Shown in pieces: positions 57,893-64,000 of a stretch of 64,000 nt of DNA (position 1 is the stretch's first letter; the number at the start of each line of letters is the position of its first letter). The stretch is from the NCBI RefSeq assembly GCF_002087085.1, contig NZ_MWQY01000016.1, positions 1 to 64,000 on the forward strand, given 5' to 3'. The notes below the pieces were generated by a model. The model did no database searches and was not told the DNA's origin. It was given only the letters and a program-made list of their open reading frames with translations. The position numbers and the translations under genes are program-made.

Positions 57893-59375
57893 GATCTGTT
57901 CCTTCGTTTGAGAAAAGGACCCGGGGTATATGTATATTCCGGGTTATTCCGTCAAAGCTGTAGATGAACGAAAACCCGGTCTCCAGGATCCTGTTGTGCG
58001 GACTGCGGCTTGCAATATCCAGATACGCGATAATTTCAGCAAGCCCCTTTTCGGGAGGATACGTTGAAAGCAGATAATCCAGAGAAACTGATGTTCTGCG
58101 GTCAAGCTCTCTGGCGATGTTGTTTTCCAGCAGGCCGTAATCAATGTAAAAAAGATTTGCCAGAGGTGAAAGGTCCGGAGAATCTAGCTCGGGTTCTTCA
58201 GGAGGACTGAAATCGGTTTCTTCCTGAAGAACGGAAAGAGGACGCTCCATGGGCAGGTAAATCTCCGGATCAGTCTCGATGAGCATAAATGAGTCTTCAT
58301 CCGGCAGGTCGCCGTTCAGATTAAGCACTATTGTCTTGATTTCGTTTATCTTATCAAGAAGAACCCGGGAACGTTCAGCCTCAGGTCCGACTATTATGCG
58401 GTTTAGCCGCTCCGTCAAGCGACGGTTGGAGTCTATAATGCGCTTACCTGCATTCAGCAGGAGTGATTTAAGGCGCAGCAGAAAGGTATCGCCGGTCTCC
58501 ATTCCCCGCTGGGTTACGTAAGCGAAGATCTTTTCTACCAGTGTGTTTATCTCGTCCCTGCCGTAATCGGTTACAAGGAAATTCCAGAACGCATCGAAAC
58601 TTTTTCCCTGAGGAGTATTGTGCAGTTCGTCTGCAGCATTAAGTGCGGCCTTCAGGATTTGTCCCCTGGAGGAGCTGTATTCCACCTCCTCTTTATAAAT
58701 ACGGTTCAGTATTCCCCGGAAGTTTTCTTCAACGCTGGAGAAATCGGCGATCAGATCACGGGCGCTTCTGGAAAGCTCAAAGAGTTGTTCACCCATTTGC
58801 CGTTTATCCAGAGAATCAACCTCGCCATGTTCTTGAATCAAGTCTATTTCTGCCTGGAGTTCTGCTTGTTCTTTCTTCAATTCGGCGATCTTCTCCTCGG
58901 GATCGGCTATTGACTCCCGGGAAAGACGGCGCAGACGATGAAGAATGTCGGTGAAGCGTGATTCAGTAGCTACATAGCTGACTCGACTCATATCTTCGAT
59001 CAGGCGTATCGCCCGTTCCGTATAAGGAGTCAGTTCCAGGACCGGTTCTCCCGACTGATCCAGGTAACGGCGCAGGAAGCGGTTATCGTGACGACACCAT
59101 TCCTGAATCAGTTTTTCCGCCTTTTCCATGGAATCTATCTTCTCTGAATCAGGTTCGGCTATATCATCGAGAAAGAGGCCTGTCTCCAGCACAGCATCTT
59201 GATAGCTGACGATAAGCCTTTCCTTTTTCTTGAACAGCTCATACAGGACTGCGATAACCAGTGCCGGATTTTGCCTCCGGAATAGGCGTAATAATGGTTG
59301 GTCATCGAACAACCGGTGGAGACCGAAGTAGTCCAATGGGGTCTGATCTTCTTCGGAGCTTCTGATTGAATACAT
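57885..59375 (-). CDS. jetA: Wadjet JetA (DUF3375)
   Basis: ATESR, LIADF..VEENFR, TPQGKSFDAFW, GLAEIIAY; ATG 59375. Confidence 0.9.
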   Translation of the reverse strand: MYSIRSSEEDQTPLDYFGLHRLFDDQPLLRLFRRQNPALVIAVLYELFKKKERLIVSYQDAVLETGLFLDDIAEPDSEKIDSMEKAEKLIQEWCRHDNRFLRRYLDQSGEPVLELTPYTERAIRLIEDMSRVSYVATESRFTDILHRLRRLSRESIADPEEKIAELKKEQAELQAEIDLIQEHGEVDSLDKRQMGEQLFELSRSARDLIADFSSVEENFRGILNRIYKEEVEYSSSRGQILKAALNAADELHNTPQGKSFDAFWNFLVTDYGRDEINTLVEKIFAYVTQRGMETGDTFLLRLKSLLLNAGKRIIDSNRRLTERLNRIIVGPEAERSRVLLDKINEIKTIVLNLNGDLPDEDSFMLIETDPEIYLPMERPLSVLQEETDFSPPEEPELDSPDLSPLANLFYIDYGLLENNIARELDRRTSVSLDYLLSTYPPEKGLAEIIAYLDIASRSPHNRILETGFSFIYSFDGITRNIHIPRVLFSNEGTDHG

Positions 59376-59560
59376 TACACTGCCTTTATAACACAGCATG
59401 GATAACTGAGGTAAGTGTCATTATGGCGAAGGGGACCTCTTCCTGATTTTGATTGCCTTCAACGCAATTGATACTTATTATTAAAAACAGGAACGGCATC
59501 ACCCGACGGGTTTCAAAGACCGGGGTGATGCTGAAAATTTTTTCAGGAGGGAGCAGTGTA

Positions 59561-60067
59561 ATGGTTAAAGACAAAGCATGGTCGCCCTATGCAGCCGGTA
59601 TTGTAATCGGCTTGTTGCAGATTCCCGCGTTTCTGATCATCGGTTCAGCCCTTGGGGCTTCGTCTTCCTATGTATCCGTTTCAGCCTATATTGCGGGGCT
59701 GATAGATCCGGCGATCAAGGAGATCGGCTACTTCGAAAAATATATGACCTCCTTGAGCTATCTCTGGCAGGCAAGTATGGTTGTTTCCATCGGTATTGGC
59801 GCATTTATCTCTTCCCGTTTATCAGCAAGCCGGAGGCCGTCCTATTCACCGATATGGAAGACAGCGACAGGCGCGACACTGGTTCAGCGTCTGGGTATGG
59901 CCTTCATCGGTGGTTTTATCCTTCTTTTTGGTGCCCGTTGGGCGGGAGGCTGTACCCTGGGTCATGGTATTTCAGGAGTGGGTCAGTTGGCAGTATCTTC
60001 CATGGTTGTAGTGGTGAGTATGTTTCTGGGCGGTATGGCTGCAGCAAACATCATGCGGCGTTTGTAG
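59561..60067 (+). CDS. YeeE/YedE-family sulfur-compound transporter subunit
   Basis: WSPYAAG, LGASS, GARWAGGCTLGHG; GGAGG RBS. Confidence 0.88.
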   Translation: MVKDKAWSPYAAGIVIGLLQIPAFLIIGSALGASSSYVSVSAYIAGLIDPAIKEIGYFEKYMTSLSYLWQASMVVSIGIGAFISSRLSASRRPSYSPIWKTATGATLVQRLGMAFIGGFILLFGARWAGGCTLGHGISGVGQLAVSSMVVVVSMFLGGMAAANIMRRL

Positions 60068-60076
60068 GAGGGATGT

Positions 60077-60640
60077 ATGGCATTTACATTTGTTGTTACG
60101 GGTATAGTAATGGGGCTGATTTTCGGCTTTGCCATAGAAAAAAGCCGTGTTTTTGAGCCAGGAATGATGGTCGGACTCTTTCAGTTCAGGAACCTCACCG
60201 TGCTCAAGGTTTTTCTCTCCGCCATAGCGACGTCAATGGTGGTGATTTCCGTTCTTAATATTCTGGGACTTGTTGATCCGGGTCCGAAGGCTGCTGTTTA
60301 TCCCGCCACTATCGCCGGCGGACTGATTTTCGGTGCAGGTGTCGCCCTTGCAGGGGGCTGTCCCACAACCCTTCCGGCACAGATCGGAGCGGGATACAAG
60401 GATGCCTGGGCTGTTCTGGCGGGGGGTGTGTTCGGAGTTGTGATATACGGATACTTTGAGCCCCTGCTTTCGGGGCTGAATCAGGGACCTGGGAAAATCA
60501 CGATTCCCCAAAGCCTGGGGCTGCCTTTCTGGGCCCTGGGGTTTCCGGTGGCGATTATCATCGCAATTTTTCTTGGCGTTCTTGAACGCCGCCGTCCGTG
60601 GAAGTCAGAAATGGGTAAAGATTACAATGGAGACTTTTAG
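60077..60640 (+). CDS. YeeE/YedE-family transporter, second subunit
   Basis: GLIFGF, GGLIFGAG..LAGGCP. Confidence 0.88.
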   Translation: MAFTFVVTGIVMGLIFGFAIEKSRVFEPGMMVGLFQFRNLTVLKVFLSAIATSMVVISVLNILGLVDPGPKAAVYPATIAGGLIFGAGVALAGGCPTTLPAQIGAGYKDAWAVLAGGVFGVVIYGYFEPLLSGLNQGPGKITIPQSLGLPFWALGFPVAIIIAIFLGVLERRRPWKSEMGKDYNGDF

Positions 60641-60662
60641 TTAAATCTCCCTGGTGTTTTAC

Positions 60663-60710
60663 TGTCCGCCGGAGGGAATGAAAAATTCTTCTCTCTGGCG
60701 GATACCTTTT
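60663..60710. terminator. Hairpin terminator between convergent genes
   Basis: TGTCCGCCGGAGGGAA...TTCTCTCTGGCGGATA followed by CCTTTT. Confidence 0.65.
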
Positions 60711-60722
60711 GGATTCAGGGGT

Positions 60723-61124
60723 TTATTCCGGAACTGCCGCGATGGCGTCTATTTCAACCAGCCAGTCAGGATGCCCCAAACCAGGGACAAACTGAACGGT
60801 AACTGCGGGAAACCTCTGGTTATCACCCCATTGTTTCTGAAAGGCCCGAAAACCGTCCAGGGGATCCTGTCCCTGCAGAATATGAATGATAAACTTGATG
60901 ACATTCTCGAGTTTTGCATCTGCGGCAGCCAATACCTTGCGAATGTTGATCAGTACTTGTTCTGTCTGCAGCTCCAGATCGTTTTTACCGACAAGATCGC
61001 CCTTTTCGTCTATCGCATTCTGCCCGCCAATGTAGATTGTTCTGTGGTTTCCCGATACGGATATGGTATGAGAATATCCCCTGGGTTCTGCCATGTTGTC
61101 CGGATTTAAATACAGTATTTTCAT
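60723..61124 (-). CDS. RidA/YjgF-family protein
   Basis: GYSH, YIGGQ, PA.T...V..L..P..LVEIDA. Confidence 0.92.
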   Translation of the reverse strand: MKILYLNPDNMAEPRGYSHTISVSGNHRTIYIGGQNAIDEKGDLVGKNDLELQTEQVLINIRKVLAAADAKLENVIKFIIHILQGQDPLDGFRAFQKQWGDNQRFPAVTVQFVPGLGHPDWLVEIDAIAAVPE

Positions 61125-61137
61125 ATGGTCTGCCTTT

Positions 61138-61665
61138 TTACATATTATCCGCTAAAAATCGTGCGGTATTTACGTTTCTTACCGTCATTGATTGATACAG
61201 CGGATGGCCGATGATTTTCGTCAACTGACTTTTGTTTAAAAACTCCCTTTTAACGTTCCAGATTATTGCCCCTTCGACATATTTGAGATCAATAAATTCC
61301 TTCTTAACCGGCAGGCTGTCGGCTGTTTCTTCAAAATCTATTTCCGGAAAAAGAAAGGCGACATCTGTTTTCTGTTCCGAGTCATTCTTCCAGTTCAGCG
61401 GAATGGCATCAGCGATCCTTCGAATTTCCTGGTGTGTTTTAATAAGCAGGGGAATCTGGAATCCATATTCATTGCTCAGGCTGTCCATGATTTTCTCGTG
61501 AAGCCTGTCCCGAATCTGATCGGATTCAAAGAATACATTTCCTGATTTGATGTACGTCGAGACATTGCTACAGTCCAGAGACGCAAAGATATCTTTAAGT
61601 CTCTTCATTTCAACCTTGTTTTTGCCCCCGACGTTGATTCCTCTCAGCAGCGCAGTGTATTTCAC
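61138..61665 (-). CDS. DUF1697 protein
   Basis: ALLRGINVGGKNKV.M..L, TYI.SGNV, TVRN; GTG start. Confidence 0.9.
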   Translation of the reverse strand: MKYTALLRGINVGGKNKVEMKRLKDIFASLDCSNVSTYIKSGNVFFESDQIRDRLHEKIMDSLSNEYGFQIPLLIKTHQEIRRIADAIPLNWKNDSEQKTDVAFLFPEIDFEETADSLPVKKEFIDLKYVEGAIIWNVKREFLNKSQLTKIIGHPLYQSMTVRNVNTARFLADNM

Positions 61666-61769
61666 GTTTTTCCGATCTCCTTTTATTGAATTAAGTTTCC
61701 CGGCGACCCAGGTGATGTGGAAACAATTCCCTGGCATGTACATTGATTACATAGGATTTTCCTCCGGAT

Positions 61770-62183
61770 TTATAATCCTTCTGTGTATTTCTTGAAATTA
61801 TCCAATATTGCCTGCCAACCATTTTTCTGCATTTCCAACGGAGTCGATTTGTCTGCATCGAAGGTTTCTTCAATTTTCGTAGCATCATCAACAGATGAAA
61901 ATCGGACGGTAGTTTTTCTGCCGTCATCAAGGGAGAACTCGATGGTCTTATTGACATCAACGAGAAGGTACTCCCCGGAAAAATCGAATCCCCCGCTCCC
62001 GTCCTTTGCTTCCATACGATAAGAAAATCTGCCGCCCGGTTTCAGATTGTTTTCTGCATGCGGACATATCCAGTCGTGAGAAGCGAAATTCCAGTGGATA
62101 ATATGTTCCGGAGATGTCCAGCTGTTCCAGACCGAGGGCGTATCTTTTTCTACTTGTGTTTCGACGGTAATTTTTTCGCTCAT
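61770..62183 (-). CDS. SRPBCC/AHSA1-domain protein
   Basis: WNFASHDW.CP, MEAKDGS.GFDF.G, GWQAIL.NFK. Confidence 0.9.
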   Translation of the reverse strand: MSEKITVETQVEKDTPSVWNSWTSPEHIIHWNFASHDWICPHAENNLKPGGRFSYRMEAKDGSGGFDFSGEYLLVDVNKTIEFSLDDGRKTTVRFSSVDDATKIEETFDADKSTPLEMQKNGWQAILDNFKKYTEGL

Positions 62184-62380
62184 TGCTGCCTCCTCGAACA
62201 GGCATTTCCAGACTATACTATAACTAACAAAAATAGTCATAAATATACGAGGAAATCAAGGGAGTTATCCGGATTTTTCGATCCTTTTTACGGTTCCGGA
62301 TAGCTGTGTTCATTGAGACGAATCTGTGTTGACAGCTGCGGATTTCGTCCGTTAGATTACTCATACACAGGCAAAGAAGT

Positions 62381-62740
62381 ATGATTGGTTTTATCAGTAC
62401 AAGGGTAATCCGCTGGACAGCTCGGATTCTGTCTGCCCTTATAATTCTTATAGGCCTTCCTTTTTATTTCGGATACGGGAGTCCTCTGCCTTTTGCTGAT
62501 CCCGCTTATTCCACACTGGATAATCTCTGGCTGATTATATTCCCGCTGATGTTTATCGGCCTGGGGCTCGGCTGGAGGTATGAGAAATTGGGCGCTGTGC
62601 TGGTGCTTATGCCCCTCAGTATCGGTTTTGCTGCAGGTATGATAACCGAAGGCGAGATTCCTGTGTTTATGGGTGTTCCCTTTCTTGCCGGTCTGCTCTA
62701 TGGTATATCAGAATTCACGCGACCCCACGCTAAAGGATGA
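62381..62740 (+). CDS. Hypothetical membrane protein
   Basis: About four hydrophobic segments; TTGACA element upstream. Confidence 0.7.
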   Translation: MIGFISTRVIRWTARILSALIILIGLPFYFGYGSPLPFADPAYSTLDNLWLIIFPLMFIGLGLGWRYEKLGAVLVLMPLSIGFAAGMITEGEIPVFMGVPFLAGLLYGISEFTRPHAKG

Positions 62741-62744
62741 GTTC

Positions 62745-63215
62745 ATGTCAATTGAGTCAGTCAGGGAATATTTCAGCACCTTGAATATGGAAGACAGGAT
62801 CCTCGAGTTTGATGTCTCAAGCGCCACCGTCGAGCTTGCGGCCAGGGCTTTGAGCTGCGAGCCGAAACGAATTGCCAAAACGATGTCCTTTCTGCTGGAT
62901 GACAGATGTGTATTAATCGTGACGGCCGGGGATGCAAGGATCGATAACGCGAAATACAAAAAGCTCTTCGGTAAAAAGGCAAAGATGCTAAGCCCGGAGC
63001 AGGTGGAAGCATTAACCGGGCACCGGGTGGGCGGGGTGTGCCCCTTCGCCGTGCCCGAGGGTACGCCGGTGTATCTCGATTTCTCCCTGAAGAGGTTTAC
63101 CACGGTCTTTCCCGCCTGCGGGAGCAGCAACAGCGCTATAGAGCTCAGCCCGGAGGAGCTGGAGAGATATTCCCGGGCTGAATCCTGGATCGATGTCTGC
63201 AAGGACTGGATCTGA
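62745..63215 (+). CDS. YbaK/EbsC-family aminoacyl-tRNA deacylase
   Basis: SATVELAA, IAKT, GGVCPF, PACGS. Confidence 0.92.
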   Translation: MSIESVREYFSTLNMEDRILEFDVSSATVELAARALSCEPKRIAKTMSFLLDDRCVLIVTAGDARIDNAKYKKLFGKKAKMLSPEQVEALTGHRVGGVCPFAVPEGTPVYLDFSLKRFTTVFPACGSSNSAIELSPEELERYSRAESWIDVCKDWI

Positions 63216-63228
63216 GAAGGAGGATAGC

Positions 63229-63846
63229 ATGTCGGCAGATTTTGGAATCACTGATAACAGTCGCCTGGAGAGACAGCTTGATTTTCTTGTCGAGATAGAC
63301 AAAGTCAAGAACATCCTGCGAAAGTCCCGGCTTTTTGATGCTTCCCGTTTCGAAAATGACGCGGAGCACTCATGGACAATCAGCCTGATGGCGATCCTTC
63401 TGAAGGAGTACGCGGACTTTGAGGTAAATATCGAGAAGGTCCTGGTTATGCTCCTTATCCATGATATCGTCGAGATCGATGCGGGGGATACCTTTCTGTA
63501 CGCGGAAGCACGGGAATCCGCCCATATCGAGGAGGAGAAGGCGGCGCGGAGGATTTTCGGCATGCTGGATGCCGACCAGCGGGATTATTTTATCGGGGTC
63601 TGGCATGAATTCGAGGCCCGTCAGTCGAATGAAGCCCGTTTTGCCGCCGTATTCGATCGTCTTGAACCCCTGCTTCAAAACTTTCTCAATGAAGGCTTTA
63701 CCTGGAAAAAAAACAACATTTCCTGTGCCATGGTGATCGAGAAGAACAGACAGATCGCGGAGGGGTCCCCCCGAATCTGGGATTTTGTGCAGAAGCTGCT
63801 GAAGATCGCTGTTCAGAGGGGCTATTTTCCGGAACCGGAAGCTTGA
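63229..63846 (+). CDS. HD-domain phosphohydrolase
   Basis: ENDAEHSW, HDIVEIDAGD, DRLEP. Confidence 0.92.
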   Translation: MSADFGITDNSRLERQLDFLVEIDKVKNILRKSRLFDASRFENDAEHSWTISLMAILLKEYADFEVNIEKVLVMLLIHDIVEIDAGDTFLYAEARESAHIEEEKAARRIFGMLDADQRDYFIGVWHEFEARQSNEARFAAVFDRLEPLLQNFLNEGFTWKKNNISCAMVIEKNRQIAEGSPRIWDFVQKLLKIAVQRGYFPEPEA

Positions 63847-63865
63847 GCTTCAGGCAATGTCTCTT

Positions 63866-64000
63866 TCAGCTGTTTTTTATGGCGTCCTGATTGATCCCCG
63901 CAAAGGATTCGGCAATGAAGGCGGAGGTCTGGCCCAGGAGCCTGCTCTGGTCCGCGGCGGACAGGCTTTCCGGACATACGGCTATTCTGAAAATTCGTGA
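63866..64000 (-). CDS. Partial CDS (C-terminus), unknown product
   Basis: Frame open from the window edge to TGA at 63866-63868. Confidence 0.35.
   Translation of the reverse strand, partial: SRIFRIAVCPESLSAADQSRLLGQTSAFIAESFAGINQDAIKNS

Overview
Bacterial chromosomal window, probably from a free-living anaerobic spirochaete (inferred from CheX, an 'LFAEGVQE'-type signal peptide and the integrase type). Five blocks. (1) About 0.7-14.6 kb: a defence island downstream of an initiator tRNA-Met, with a tyrosine integrase, a Rep_trans/gene II-X-like initiator, and a restriction-like operon (DUF499, DUF3780, DUF1156 MTase, PLD-SNF2 helicase) that has a GmrSD-like DUF262-HNH gene inserted in it. 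(2) 14.8-48.4 kb: an anaerobic purine/urate catabolism cluster (mocA-like, FecCD-type ABC importer, carbamate kinase, adenine deaminase, NCS2 permease, allantoinase-like hydrolase, ygfK, ssnA, ygeY, two PLP enzymes, Xdh trio, 8-oxoguanine deaminase-like, ygfM, xdhD, ygeW), interrupted by a GntR-linked dehydrogenase module. It has a long leader with mutually exclusive hairpins, three purine-rich CGCAGAG tandem arrays and a Flavo-1-like element in its spacers. (3) 49.5-52.5 kb: a membrane-bound CheA-like kinase lacking a CheW domain, with CheX and CheY. (4) 52.8-59.4 kb: Wadjet jetABCD, divergent from a YeeE/YedE pair across a spacer bounded by an 11-bp inverted repeat that contains both start codons. 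(5) Small housekeeping genes. All calls come from reading motifs by eye; no searches were run.
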